Shown here one piece after another: positions 41,198 through 54,650 of a stretch of DNA of 64,000 nucleotides. Within the stretch, counting starts at the first letter, position 1. Every line of letters begins with the position of its first letter. The notes beneath the pieces are model-generated. The model was not told the origin of the DNA, ran no database searches, and saw nothing but the letters and a program-made list of their open reading frames with translations. Source of the DNA: Octopus vulgaris (taxonomy: Eukaryota); the NCBI GenBank assembly GCA_951406725.2, contig OX597814.1, positions 145,328,001 through 145,392,000 on the forward strand. Direction: 5' to 3'. The translations under genes were made by a program, and so were the position numbers.

Positions 41198-41985
41198 TTT
41201 CAATTTCTGGCGCAAGGCCAACAAGTCCTGGGTAGATGGCAAGTCAATAACATCTACCCCAGTGTTCAATTGGTACTTATTTTATCGACCCTGAAATTAC
41301 GAAAGGCAAACTCGAACGTAGAAACGCCGCTAAGCATTCTGCCCGGTGTACCAACTGTTCTGCCAGCTCGCCGACTTATTAGTAATAATAGTTAATTCTA
41401 CTGTAGGCAGAAGGCCTGAAATTTTGTGGGAGGGAAGTCGATTATATCGACCCCAGTACTCAGCTTGTATTTAATTTGTTATTGTTGTTGTTGTTTCTTC
41501 CTTCTCGATCTACGCCTGGCTCATAGGGCCAGTTTCTCGGTTTCCTTGGCGTATAGGTTCCCCACCTGGACGGGACGCCGGTCCGTCGCAGGTGAGCTGA
41601 AAGATGCAGGAGGGAAGGGTGAGGCAAAGTTGTGGCGAAAGAGTCAGCAGAAGTTCGCCATTACCTTCTGCCGGAGCGACGTGGAGCTTAGGTGTTTCGC
41701 TCACAAACACACACATCACCCGGTCTGAGATTCGAACCTGCGATCCCTTGACTACGTGTCCGCTGCTCTAACCATGTGCCTCCACGCTCGTCGCTTTAAT
41801 AATAATCTTTTCTACTATAAATACAAGGTCTGAAATTTGGGGGAGTGGACTTGTCAATAACATCGACCTCAGTGTTTCGTTAGTACTTCATTTATCGACC
41901 CCGAAAAGGAGCCCTTTTGGCGGAAGGGATTAGTCGATTACACCGACCCCAGTGTTCAATTGGTACTTGTTTTATCGACCCCGAC
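41198..41985 (-). mobile_element. Family B SINE fragments surrounding a family E SINE
   Basis: B motifs at 41198-41376, 41396-41470 and 41807-41985. Confidence 0.8.
41477..41785 (-). mobile_element. SINE family E (tRNA head, V-domain-like segment, (CAA)n tail)
   Basis: Sense GGTTAGAGCAGCG...GGTTCGAATCTC head; CCTGCGACGGACCGGCGTCCCGTCCAGG resembles the V-SINE domain. Confidence 0.7.
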
Positions 41986-41999
41986 ATTGACTACATCAT

Positions 42000-42420
42000 C
42001 TCTGACAACCCGGTCTTTGCCAACACTTCATACATTGAAAACATTAGACAGACTTGATGCATTATCTGGCAGAAAACCATGTAGCATACATCGATCAAGA
42101 TGAAACAAACAGAACAGATGTTATTATCAAGAACTGGAAAAGAAATTAATGTACTTCCATTTGGATTTCTTCTGAACAAAACATTGCGCGGAAGTGAAAT
42201 GGAGAAACAGTTAAAGTAAAAGAATTTTGACATTTAAATAAGCACGGTGTAGGGCATGAAAGTTAAAACTGGAGACATGGGTATGATAAAAATTGGGAGG
42301 AAAGCTATAAAAACTATACCAGGCTACACAATGATGCACACGATACAAATATTTAGAAAGCACCATCAATCCAATAGAACGACTCAAGTAATACATCCTA
42401 TGCTCACAGCACACACCTTG
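42000..42420 (+). pseudogene. Old Dong/R4 RLE-domain remnant
   Basis: EMEKQLK*KNFDI*ISTV*GMKVKT..GMIKIG..IKTIPG aligns by eye with EMEKLSKYKDLEIEVTRMWNLKT..GMIKK..ITKTPG at 50935-51174. Confidence 0.65.
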
Positions 42421-42884
42421 TATAATAAAAACCCATTAAAATAGCACCATTCGAACAACAAATACTTTACTGAATCACGACTTAATAAATTCACTCATAT
42501 TTTTATATAATCGATATCGGGCTCTATAGCACCAACAAGCCGCTCAACTCACATTAGATAAAGTCACCGTTTATTAATATGAAACAACCCACGCAGCATA
42601 TAAACTGCATAATCAGTATCAACAATAAAACACAACTTCACCAATCAGAAAGCACATATGAAACACAAAAAGCACCTAGAAGTTGATACAGCACATATTG
42701 CACATTCTCTGAATTGCAAATAAGACATTAAAATATCTGTAGAAACAAAATATGATTCATAACAAAAGCAAAACAAGAGCAGACAAAGAGAGCTCTACAT
42801 ACCCCAATAAGAGAATGCTGCATTCACCTCAGTAACAAGCGTCTTAATTTGCTGGTGCTCTAGTAATTCGCATAAAACATTTGC

Positions 42885-43000
<116 letters not shown>

Positions 43001-43212
43001 AAACAAGATGATACGGCTCAGTTTTATTTTAATTCTAACAATACAGGCTATCTTCAAATATGCAACCGCGTCTTAAGAACGGGTTTACAGAACATGTGTA
43101 GGTGTCGTCACACTGTTATATAAGAACGAGAGATGAGGAATATGTTGTTTAATGTATTAGGACATCACAAATTGGTAAATAAGCGCAAATAAATTAGACC
43201 AAGTTTTCATAT

Positions 43213-43248
<36 letters not shown>

Positions 43249-43739
43249 ATATATGTGCAGGACTAAAACAAAACGAATATTGGCAATTTACACGTTTGAG
43301 AAATCAAGATTTTGGGTTGCCTATTATACTAGAATGCGTTCCACTACCACATTAATTGAATAGTTATCCTCGAGGTTGTACAACATATTGAACAGGTCAG
43401 GACTCTCCTTTCGAACCCCTATGACAGTTGTAAGATTGTGGAAGTTTGTGTCTCTTCTTGCAATTTAAATGCTTTCCAGTTAATCTGAATACATTTGTCC
43501 CATTGTTATCAGCAGCGTAATACTCACATCTACCCTGCATATTTTCTTTGTCGTCTCGAGACTATAGGAAGGTCTTCTTAGGAAGGTGTACCCATCCTTT
43601 TGGCTGACGCCTCCTAATACTTAAGAGGTAAGGATTTCTGTCGTCATCTTCAACATTACAACAGATAATGCCAGTAGACATACTCTAGAAACAACAGCTT
43701 CTTGTCAGTGTTGTAAATATCGCTGAATCTGCTATTCTT

Positions 43740-44170
43740 GTTTAATGTTTCTCAACTTCTCATATATACGAAATGCTCCGATTTCCGTTACTGACACATG
43801 TGTTACAGCTAGGCCTTTTTTCATGGACTACAAGTCTCATATCCTTTACCATCATACTCCAGACATGGAAAGTTTTGAAATGATGTTAAGGTCTTCGTGG
43901 GTAATTAGAAATTAGATATGAATTAATACTCCACACAAAACTTTGTTTTATTTTTTTTTTATGTCTCTTCCATTACCGTCATTACTGTTCCACAAAGCTT
44001 GGCAACAAACCAATGGCCTGCTTTCTTATTTCCAACATTTGGCGTAACTCCCGCTTTGCACCGAACCATATATTGAGAAACTAGAATTTGAGTGAGTAGG
44101 TGTTTGATGCACCCAATTAGATTCCTTCTTCAGTTCACCCATAATCTAAAGAATTGGATATATTATTTCT
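43740..44170 (-). pseudogene. Possible very old Dong/R4 RLE remnant
   Basis: Patchy minus-strand peptides IKHLLT, NKTKFC, LNIISK, AVTHVSVTEIGAF in the order expected from the 52345-53157 protein. Confidence 0.3.
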
Positions 44171-44454
44171 TAGGCTTTATCTTGTCTGATAGAGGAAATT
44201 ATCACCCCACACATCGGTCAGAGTTACTTCAAGCATAGGAAAACCTTGTCTATTCTGCGTAATTTTTCTCCTCTGCGATCCTTAATCGAAGAGATATACA
44301 AAAATATGCCCTACAAAGGGACATAAATCTCCCAAATAAGTATATTCTCACCAAGATTTGAACTCATTTGTTCGACTCTAACTTTTCTATATATCCACTA
44401 AATTTAATAGAAAACAGGAGCAACAACAACAGCAACAACAACAGTAACACAAAT

Positions 44455-44775
44455 ATTCTTTTCTACTCTAGGCACAAAGCCCGAAATTTTGGGGGAGGGG
44501 GCAGTCGATTAGATCAACCTCAGTACGCAACTAGTACTTAATTTATCGACCCCGGAAGGAATAGTAACATAAATATTAATAGTGATTATGTTTAAGACAG
44601 CGAGCTGGCAGAATCGCTTGTACGTCGGGGAAAATGTTTAGTTTAATTTCCATCGAGGCCGACTTTGTCTTTCATCCTTTCGGAGTTGGTAAAATAAGTA
44701 CCACTTGAGTACTGGGGATCGATGTTATCGACTTAACCTTCCTCCCAAAATTGCTGGCCTTGTACCAAAATGTTG
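44455..44775. mobile_element. Two family B SINE copies in opposite orientation
   Basis: 44455-44560 minus and 44594-44775 plus. Confidence 0.8.
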
Positions 44776-46391
44776 AAGCTAATAATAATCATACTTTATT
44801 ATATCGACCTTATAAGGATATCCAAAATGAATCTCGACAAGAAATGAACTCGTGTCTATGTCAACGAATATGCTAATACGAGAGAAATCAAATGATGTGA
44901 GAAAAGTCATTTATATCAACCTCATTTCTTGACTGGTACAAAGTGTGTTGACCATAGACTTCGGCGGTTTTACTTTCCTTCTAATTAACTGTACCTGCAC
45001 GGTATACGCAGCTGTGATTTGAAAAGTTAACATAATGCCAAACAAGATGCTGCACCGAAACGCATCGCTACTTCACTGCTCTGCAAATATCCATTAACAT
45101 GATGAAATAACGACGCAGAAAAAATGCTTAAATACTATACAAATAATGAGCACAAATTCGATAATGAAAATAAAACCATTAAGGATGTAATCATTGCGAC
45201 AGTAAATAACCAAGAGAAACCAAACACATGCAGAATGAAAAACATTAACAAAACGTAAAAATCCAGACGTCAGCATATGTTAGGTTTTTGTCTAACAATA
45301 AATAGATAAATGAATGAATGAATGAATGAATAAATAAATAAATAAATGAACAAATAAAGATGGAAATTTATCAAAAAATTTATCAAAAAATACATGAATC
45401 TCCGAGAGTGTTAACGACGTACATCTCTAAACTAACTTTTTAATGTGACAATTATTTAACAGCAGGAATACTTAAAGATTTGAAATTGATAGATGTTCCT
45501 GGAAACCAACAATGTTCACGCAAAGATAAAATTCAAGGATGAAATTTCAACAATAAAATATACATGTCAATTTTAGATTTATTTGAAACAGAGACCCATA
45601 CGCCGATATTTCTAGGATAAAGGAAATCATCTATGCAGAAACCACGGAGGAACTGCATGTAATTCAAACGTTTCTTGTTAGAGATTCTAAATTTAAACAA
45701 ACGATCTCATATAGAAAATAGTAGAAAAGATTGCTATTCCATAGAAAAAAGCAATAACAAAAAAATATGGAAATAAAAAATAAAGGAAATATATAACACA
45801 AAAGTAAAACGTACAAAATGTATGTAAAACACTAAAAAAGTGTCTAAAATAAGAGTTCCTTGCTAAATTATAAGAAAAATCCGCCGCTATAAAAATCAGA
45901 AACAAATCTTTGAACAAACTGAACATTTCGTCTACAAAATGAATTATCTTTTTAGGAAGCAAATAAAATGAAAACCAGAGACTAATGCAACACTAGCAAC
46001 AACAGAACTATAATATTTCTAGACGGGCAGTTAAGAGACCGACTTGTGATAAAATATTCAAATCAAGTACGACACATAACGGGAGACTTACAAAGATGGG
46101 AGAAAGTAATACGAAAAAGTAGATAAAAACACGCAAAACCTGAATTTCTAAAGTATCGAAAATGACGAAATTATAAAATGTTGACTAGAATATCCCATAT
46201 TTACGCACAAAGTGCTTGGGAAATGCTTCATGAATTTAAAACGTCAGAGCCATTACCTGAATGAGAATTCAATGGAAACTCCTTTGAACATTCCAAAACT
46301 AATTAAGCAACAAATCCTTAGAACGACAGATTCATGAAAAGCTAGTCTACATTATAGAATGCTTTAACATTGATATCATTGCTTACCAATA

Positions 46392-47514
46392 GGGTGGCGA
46401 AATGACAGAGTCCTTACTACGCCTTGCAAAACGATTTAGCGGCATTTTGTCCGTTTTTACGTTCTGAGTTCAAATTCTGCCTTTCTTTCCTTTCGGGGTG
46501 TTAAAATAAGTACCAGTCGAACACTGGAGTCGATGCAGTCGACTTACCTCTTCTTGGAAATCGGTGGCCAAAATTTGAGACCGATATAATTCTTTATCAG
46601 TAAAAATAATGCGTTTCCGGAAGAACAGAAATGATATTATTATTGCCCAGATGCGTGCAAACATCACTACTACACAAGAAGGCTATATCCAACAACTGAA
46701 TTAATTATCAAAACTTGACCTGAATTAATTATCAAAAAAAAAATATTTCACAATATCCCTAACTCGAGGACTCTGGAAATATTAGCCATGGATACGGCAG
46801 TTCCAATGACAAAGTGGTATATGAAATATTAAATTAAAACATTTTTACAGATTTAAGTGAATACCGAAACTCCAAAAACGAAAGCTATTTGTATTAGAAA
46901 ATCAATGTTCCAATGAAACAGATAAGATTAGTTTCAAATTTTGGCACAAGGCCAGCAGTTTTGGGGAGAGGGCTAGTCGATCACATAGACCTCAGTGTTC
47001 GACTAGTATTTATTTTATCGACCCCGAAGGGATGAAAGGCAAAGTCAACCTCGGCGGAATTTGAACTCACAGCGTAAAGACGGACAAAATGCTGGTACAA
47101 ATTTTGCAAGGCGTGCTATCGATTCTGCCAGATCAACGTCTTGCAACAGAAAATGGCCACCTCTTAGTAATAGTGGCTTTAATAAAGTATGATTAAGCAT
47201 ATTAGATACCGATATAAATGGCTTGGAATTGCAATCAACCATCTCATGTCTATAGATGAAAAAAAAGAACACTGAAGATTTATATACTATATTTAGGATA
47301 TTGATTTCTAAGTTAGGTACAAGACCAGAAATTTCGAGGGAAGGGGCTAGTCGATTACATCGACCCCAGTGCACAACTGGAACTTATTTAAAACACACAA
47401 AGGATCAAAGGTAATGTCGATCTCAACAGAATTTGAACTCAGAACACAAAGACAGACGAAATGCCGCTAAACATTTTGCCCAGAATGCTACCGATTCTGC
47501 CAGCTCACTGCCTT
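46392..47514. mobile_element. Three family B SINEs (46392-46581 plus; 46931-47141 and 47303-47514 minus)
   Basis: Motif matches to family B. Confidence 0.8.
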
Positions 47515-47944
47515 ACTAGAGTTATAAGATTGTAAACAGGAAACTGAATGAATAGACGAAACTAGGAAAAAACAATGTCTTTATTGAGACTGTATCTTAT
47601 AAGAGCCGGCATGGGAAGATTATCTTTTTGAAAACTAAGCGCAGGAAGGTTAACTATTTATATAAATAATCTAGTAAAGCATAGAATGTATATAAACAAA
47701 TATGTCCTGACATGAACAAAACAAAACATTTCCTATTTTAAAGGAAACGAGGGAATATAATACTGTATCTGAGGTAGGATGGAGCAACAACATAAATATT
47801 GAACAGCTGTGTGGCTAAATTGAAGAGAGACTTATAAAATGTCATACTCAAAATATACAGGAAAAAGAGTAAAACGGAAGTAGTAATAAAAAGACAACGA
47901 AACTGCAAGTTGAGAAATAAGGGAATCCAAGCTGAAATATCTAC

Positions 47945-48299
47945 TGTATTAGCGCTTATTTGTTTGCGCTGACGGGATTTGTGCGACTTTCAGTAAGACA
48001 CTCTCGACACATTCCCATCTCTGCACGACTCACTTATTTTGCATTTTATTACCAGGTTCTGAACTAAATAGTGCGACAGTTCTTCGTTCCAACAATGTCA
48101 GTTCTCCAGAGTTCCCTCGCTCGCTGGTCACGTCCTTCTTGCAGCTGTAATTGTGCAAGATCATAAGCGTAAATCCCACTCGGTCTTATGAGAGGGAGGT
48201 CTGTGCAGGTCCTGAGCCCGCCCCATCCTCTAGCTCAAACAATAAAAATTCTGTGAATGATTACTGTTTTACCATGCATTCCAGCAGGGTTGAATGCCT

Positions 48300-48303
<4 letters not shown>
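47945..48303 (+). mobile_element. Possible solo LTR
   Basis: TGTATTAG...CCTAACA ends with AATAAA ~60 bp before the end; GC-richer than flanks; no TSD found. Confidence 0.3.
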
Positions 48304-48353
<50 letters not shown>

Positions 48354-48377
48354 GGGGGGTGTAGAACAGATATATAT

Positions 48378-48600
48378 ACTCTTTTACTCTTTTAATATTT
48401 TACTTGCTTCAGTCATTTTGACTGTGACCGTGCTGGAGCACCACCTTTAGTCTAGCAAATCAACCCCAGGACTTATTCTTTGTAAACATAGTACTTATTC
48501 TATTGGTCTCTTTTACGGAACCGCTATGTTACACACCAGCGTCGGTTGTCAGGCGATGTTGGGGGAACAAACACAGACACAAAAAGATATACACACACGT

Positions 48601-48691
<91 letters not shown>

Positions 48692-48905
48692 TATATACAT
48701 ATATATATATATATATATGTGTATATATATATATACGTACATGTATATGACGGGCTTCTTTCAGTTTCCGTCTACCAAATCCACTCACACAGCTTTGATC
48801 ACCCTGAGACTATATTAGAAGACACTTGCACAAGGTGCCACGCAGTGTGACTGAACCCGGAACCAAGTGGTTAGTAAGCAAGCTACTTACCACAGAGCCT
48901 CTTCT
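48378..48905 (-). mobile_element. SINE family A with expanded internal (TA)n
   Basis: Reverse complement of the family A consensus. Confidence 0.85.
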
Positions 48906-49594
48906 ACATACATACACACATACACACACATGCGTATGTGTGTGTGTGTGTGTGCGTGTGTATGTATATGAATACCCGTTTCTTTTTCACATGCTAAAGT
49001 CGATAATTCGAACTGAAACAATAGAACTGATAATATAATTAACTGCTAGATTGAAAGTTTTCGAGTATACTAGTTAATGAATATTTTCGATCTTGCATGT
49101 TTTGACAAGTCGGAGATTTTCTAAAAATTGAATATTTTTGCGTAAACCTGTTGTATATTATAATTTAGTTTCAGATTCAAGGCGTCGTAAAATGGTTTGT
49201 CATTAAATTCAATTTTAATAATAAGGTTTCCTTCATCTGTCAAGATTTTTTAAATGAAACTTGCCATATCGGTATTTTTCCTCTTAATAGACATGCATAA
49301 TGTCAAAATATAATGAATACGTTTGATTGTAAATTTAATCACGTGGACTCATTCTTTTTGTGATTATATAGGATTTTGCATTCTAATGTTTCTGGGATGT
49401 CATTTTTTTTCTTTAAATAATTCATTACAATACTTAAATAGTTTTGTTACTTCACTTATGGTGCTTCAGTATTGACTATTTACAAAGTATGGTATAGAAG
49501 GAAAATATAATTCATACAGTCCAAATTTAGATTAAGAGATTAGTCAGAATAATGTTTGAATTTTGTTTTTGTATATAATACTCAATAGCTAATA

Positions 49595-49652
<58 letters not shown>

Positions 49653-50147
49653 ATATATAATTCTTCCAGCTATTGCCCTTTTCTCCAGAGATATAAAAAA
49701 GTTAAATATAAAAAGTTATATATAAAATAGATAAATGGCTTAATATTTAACTGTATCACTATAAATCGACGATTAACGATAGTCAACAGGTGTATTTTTC
49801 ATGATGTGTACACAATATCACACTAAATTCGAAACAGGATCTGATAATTCTAAAACGATGAAAATAATACCGTTGTTTTTGTTGCCGCTGATCTTGTAAT
49901 TTCCCTCCTGGTCCGGACTGCGCATGTAGACCTATATGGGAAGAAAATCCACTGATGACGACTTTATCTACAATCTAGATATATTTTCAACAATATTACA
50001 ATGTTCTAACACCTCTTCCACCTCCGCATCATCATCATCATTATCATCATCATCATCATCATCGTCATCATCATCATCGTCATCATCATCATCATCATCA
50101 TCATCATCTTTCTCGTTCTCACGCTCTTATCTTGAGAATTACCATCG

Positions 50148-50218
<71 letters not shown>

Positions 50219-50240
50219 TAATAATAATAATAAAAATAAT

Positions 50241-51270
50241 GAAAAAACTGTTCTCAGTATTTAAGGAAGCTGACAAATACAAACAAGAAATCATACCACC
50301 TAATAAACACAAAGAAGAAGAAGAAGAAGATGAAGAAACAACAAAAGCTATAAAACAAATGAAACCCAAACTAAAAATAGAACAGCAACGAGCCATGATA
50401 AAACGATGGCAAGAAAAGCCCCTTCATGGTAAATACTGCACTAAACTGAACGCAAAAGAAATAGACAAAGAAAAATCCCAGCAATGGTTGAGAAGCTCAG
50501 GACTCAAAGCAGAAACAGAGGGATTTTTAATTGCAGCACAAGACCAAAGCCTCCCCACCAAAAATTACCAAAAACATGTAATGAAAAGAAATATTACAAG
50601 TAACTGCAGAATATGTGGAGATGGACAAGAAACAATAAATCATATTATCTCTAGCTGCCCAGTCCTGGCTAAGAAGGAATATATCCACAGACATGACAGA
50701 GTTGGAACCTACATACATTGGAAGCTATGCCAACATTATATGAATAACAACAGAAAAAAGATGGTATAGGCACACACCAGAAAAGGTCACAGAAAACGAG
50801 AAAGCAACCATACTCTGGGATATGCCGGTACACACAGATAGAGAAATTAAGGCCAACAGACCAGATATAGTTGTCAGAGATCATGAAGAAAAAAATGCTT
50901 TCTAATTGATGTATCAATACCGGCAGATGACAACGTGTCTCTAAAAGAAATGGAGAAACTCTCAAAATACAAAGACCTGGAAATAGAGGTAACTAGAATG
51001 TGGAACCTGAAAACAGAAACAATTCCTATCATAGTAGGTGCATTAGGCATGATAAAAAAATATTCAGACAAATACATAACAAAAACACCAGGACTTACAA
51101 ACACATATAACATACAGAAAATTGCACTACTAGGCACTGCACACATCCTACGCAGAACACTTTCCATACAATAACCATCAGAGCATCACAACAAATCACA
51201 GCACATACCCAAGGCACACAGAGCTGCGCTCGGTAGTGAAGTGAAAGCACGCTATAAAAATAAAAACTAC
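50241..51270 (+). mobile_element. Dong/R4-clade LINE, 5'-truncated, family 1 (CCHC + restriction-like endonuclease; two frameshifts)
   Basis: PLHGKY, WL..GLKAETEGFLIAAQDQ, CRICGDGQETINHIISSC, RHD, RPDIV..LIDVS, EKLSKYKDL; stop at 51174; (TAA)n on both flanks. Confidence 0.92.
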
Positions 51271-51329
<59 letters not shown>

Positions 51330-51364
51330 TGAATATTATATTCAAAGGGACTACGATAAAGTGA

Positions 51365-51729
51365 TGACATTTTGCCAACATAATGTGGCAATCTCAGGAT
51401 GGGATAAATGTTATTGTTATTTAGCCTTCTTTGAGAGATTTAGAAATGTAGTATTTATAATTTTGTCGATCAGTGACTGTTTGTAACTTTGAATTCTATA
51501 TGTTTTCACAGCAGATTAGCAGCGACATCTAGCAAGCCAAGCTACTCCACGCTGATAAAGAGCAATAACTCTGAAACTACTCCGGGGACAAGGTTGTGCT
51601 AGGGCGGAGGTGCTGATCTCTCCTGTTCGAGATTTGTGTAGCAGAGCCAGCTAGAAATTATGTTTCTTCGGGCTAAATAACAGTAGCATTTATCCCATAC
51701 TGAGACCGCCACATGTTGGCAAAAAGTCA
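51365..51729. mobile_element. Inverted-repeat element (~60-bp arms) containing a degenerate hammerhead
   Basis: 51365-51426 is the reverse complement of 51671-51729. Confidence 0.65.
51546..51588 (+). ncRNA. Degenerate minimal type I hammerhead
   Basis: TCCACG-CTGATAA-AGAG-CAATAA-CTCT-GAA-ACTACT-C-CGGGGA, three substitutions from an ideal CTGATGA/ACTAGT/CGTGGA motif. Confidence 0.6.
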
Positions 51730-51740
51730 ATAATAATAAT

Positions 51741-51935
51741 CCTTTCTGCTAAAGTCCCCAAACCTGAAATTTTTGGGGCGGGGACTAGTCGATTACATAG
51801 ACCCCAGTGTTTCATTGGTATGCATTTATCGACCCCGAAAGGTTGAAAGGCAAAGTGGACCTCAGCGGAAATTGAACTCAGAACGTATGGACGAAGGAAA
51901 TACGCTTAGAAATTTTGCCCGGCGGTCTAACTCAC
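51741..51935 (-). mobile_element. SINE family B
   Basis: Motif match to family B. Confidence 0.8.
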
Positions 51936-51964
51936 CATTTTAATAATAATGATGATTATAGTAC

Positions 51965-52228
51965 TGTTTAGTTCATCATCCTTAAACAAACCTTATTCAG
52001 GCACCTTTTGAGTAGGATGGGCTACTCGACATGAAGAAAATTCTAACAGGGCTCCACCTGCAAAGCCAATCACTGTTTATCTTGATATGAGATCACCATG
52101 CCGCGCACATATGGTTGTGATGCACGTGCCTGGTATACGCTTATCAGTCGGGTAGTCATGATGGGTATATTTAGCTTCATATACTTTACCTCATTGTCAC
52201 TTTGTTGGCATGCACTGCTCTTTCACTC
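51965..52228 (+). mobile_element. Family C element, 5'-truncated
   Basis: Matches the 3' half of 54090-54650; followed by (TAA)n. Confidence 0.85.
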
Positions 52229-52232
52229 AATA

Positions 52233-52297
<65 letters not shown>

Positions 52298-52300
<3 letters not shown>

Positions 52301-53336
52301 CTGAACAACCCGAGGGAAGTACGGCAACTATTGTTGGAAAGAAGGTGAAAATGATGGCAATGAAAAAAGCGCACGAGCAATTGGCTGATAGGTGGGAGGA
52401 GAAACCTCTGCACGGCAAATATGTGACCCGCAGCAAACAAGCTGATGTTGACCAGAAGCAAACCCATCAGTGGCTGCGGAGCTCAGGGCTAAAAGCAGAG
52501 AGCGAAGGTTTCATCCTGGCTGCTCAAGACCAAAGCCTATCAACCCGGAACTACCAGGCCAATGTGATGAAAAATGGAGCAGACCCAAAATGCCGAATCT
52601 GCAACGACATGATTGAAACAGTGGACCACCTAATCTCTGGATGTAAAGTCTTAGCACCAGTGGAGTATAAATTAAGACATGACGGAGTTGGCCAATATCT
52701 CCACTGGCTAATAAGTCGGCATTACAATATCAAAACTGCCGACAAGTGGTATAATCACCACCCTGAGGCTGTAACTGAAGGAGAAAATGTAACCATTCTG
52801 TGGGACTTTCCAGTACATACAGACCGAACCATCAAGTCCAATAAACCAGATATTGTTGTGAAAGACCAAAACAATAAAGTTTGCTTATTGATCGACATGA
52901 GCATCCCCTGTGATCATAATATCTCAGCGAAAGAGTTTGACAAGCTCAGAAAATATAAAGACCTACTCATTGAAATTGAGAAAATGTGGCATCTCAAGGC
53001 GGTTACAATACCAGTGATCGTAGGAGCACTAGGAATGATCAAGAAGGGAACCGAAAATTATATGAGAATGATCCCTGGCTTACCATCCCTGCAAGAAGTG
53101 CAAAAGATTGTCTTAACTGGTACATCACACGTATTGAGAAGAGCATTGTCGATGTGAGAACTGTTGCTGCTCATGCATTTTAATTTAACTTTAAAAAAAA
53201 AAAAAAAAAAAAGGAACGAACTACTGAGTTTGGTTTAATGGCCTACCAATATACACTATGAGTTTCTTTGCCCTAGGAGTCGGGAAGACACTCGGCAAGA
53301 AATGGAAGAAAATTTGAAAGAAGAAGAAAAAAAAGT
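52298..53336 (+). mobile_element. Dong/R4-clade LINE, 5'-truncated, family 2
   Basis: Uninterrupted frame to stop 53157; 3' UTR with hairpin; (TAA)n on both flanks. Confidence 0.92.
52345..53157 (+). CDS. C-terminal 270 aa of a Dong/R4 retrotransposon ORF (zinc knuckle + PD-(D/E)xK RLE); truncated, probably not expressed
   Basis: CRICNDMIETVDHLISGC, RHD, KPDIVV..LIDMS, DKLRKYKDL, PVIVGALG. Confidence 0.8.
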   Translation: MKMMAMKKAHEQLADRWEEKPLHGKYVTRSKQADVDQKQTHQWLRSSGLKAESEGFILAAQDQSLSTRNYQANVMKNGADPKCRICNDMIETVDHLISGCKVLAPVEYKLRHDGVGQYLHWLISRHYNIKTADKWYNHHPEAVTEGENVTILWDFPVHTDRTIKSNKPDIVVKDQNNKVCLLIDMSIPCDHNISAKEFDKLRKYKDLLIEIEKMWHLKAVTIPVIVGALGMIKKGTENYMRMIPGLPSLQEVQKIVLTGTSHVLRRALSM

Positions 53337-53398
53337 AATAATAATAATAATAATAATGGCAAGAAATGGAAGCAAATTTGAAAGAAGAAAAAAAAAAA

Positions 53399-53456
<58 letters not shown>

Positions 53457-53480
53457 CAACAACAACAATAATAAAGTACC

Positions 53481-54037
53481 AAATGCCTTGATGCAGTAGC
53501 AAATGCCCTGATGCAGTAGCAAATACCCTGATGCAGTACAAGGCATGGCTTCTGGTCTTAACTAATTGGCAGTGTTATCATGTACTATGTTTTGTCTTGG
53601 TATAAAAGATAGCAAATATTCAGCTCTGCCACAGATTTGCTTGTCAGTTGCTTGACCTTAACCAGTTGAGTATGGATCTTAGTGGCTTGCGATATATGCA
53701 TCTCTGATCACAAGCAGAAGTAGTGGAGAAGCATCATAGCCATGTACTGAGAAGAATTATTTGGGATTTGGATAATTCATCTTTGGAAACATGGTTGTTT
53801 TGTTCATCATCCTTAAGCGACCGCTTATTCAGAGACCTTTTGAACAGGATGGGCTACTCGGAACCCCGCTGCAAGGTCATGGGCTATTTATGTTGATGTG
53901 AGATCACTGCCACGCACATATGGTTGTGATGCATATGCCTGGTGTACTGTTATCAGACGGGTAGTCATGATGGTTATACTAGGCTTCGTATATTTTACCT
54001 TAGTGTTACTTTGATGGCATGCACTGCTCCCTCACTC
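53481..54037 (+). mobile_element. Family C element with triplicated 20-bp 5' motif
   Basis: AAATGCCCTGATGCAGTAGC x3, then the family C body; (TAA)n flanks. Confidence 0.9.
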
Positions 54038-54089
<52 letters not shown>

Positions 54090-54093
<4 letters not shown>

Positions 54094-54650
54094 CCCTGAT
54101 GCGGTACCAGGCAGTCGTTCTCATGACTTCTGATCTTAACTGACTGGAAGTGTTATCATGTACATTGTTTTGTCTTGGTATAAAAGATGGGCTACAGCAA
54201 ATATTCTGCTCAATACCACAGATTTGCTTGTCAGTTGTTTGACCTTAACCAGTCGAGCTTGTCCCTTTGTGGCTGACGATATGTGCATCTCTGATCACAA
54301 GCAGAAGTAGTGGGGGAGCATCATAGCCATTTGTTGAGAGGGATTCTTTGGGATTTGAATAATTCACCTCTGGAAACATGGGTGTTTTGTACAACATCCT
54401 TAAACAATCCTTATTCAGGGACCTTTTGAATGGGATGGGTTACTCAACCAATAGAAAATTCTAACTGGGCCCCACCTGGAAGGTCATGTGCTGTTTATTT
54501 TGATATGAGATCACCATGTCGCGCACATATGTTTGTGATGTATGTGCCTAGTGTACTCTTATCAGATGGGTAGTCATGATGGGTATACTGGGCTTCGTAT
54601 ATTTTACCCCAGTGTCACTTTGATGGCATGCCCTGCTCCCTCACTCACTC
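54090..54650 (+). mobile_element. Family C element, apparent full length (561 bp)
   Basis: (TAA)n on both flanks; colinear with four other copies. Confidence 0.9.

Noticed and set aside
49936-50769. 277-aa ORF as a host gene
   Set aside because: Chance in-frame fusion of (TCA)n and (AAT)n tracts with a truncated Dong fragment.
53481-53540. CRISPR-like short repeats
   Set aside because: Contiguous tandem units without spacers, eukaryotic context, no cas genes.
54090-54170. Hammerhead or HDV-like ribozyme at the family C 5' end
   Set aside because: The sequence is CTGATGC rather than CTGANGA, and no HDV-type nested pseudoknot could be built by eye; only a simple hairpin is seen.
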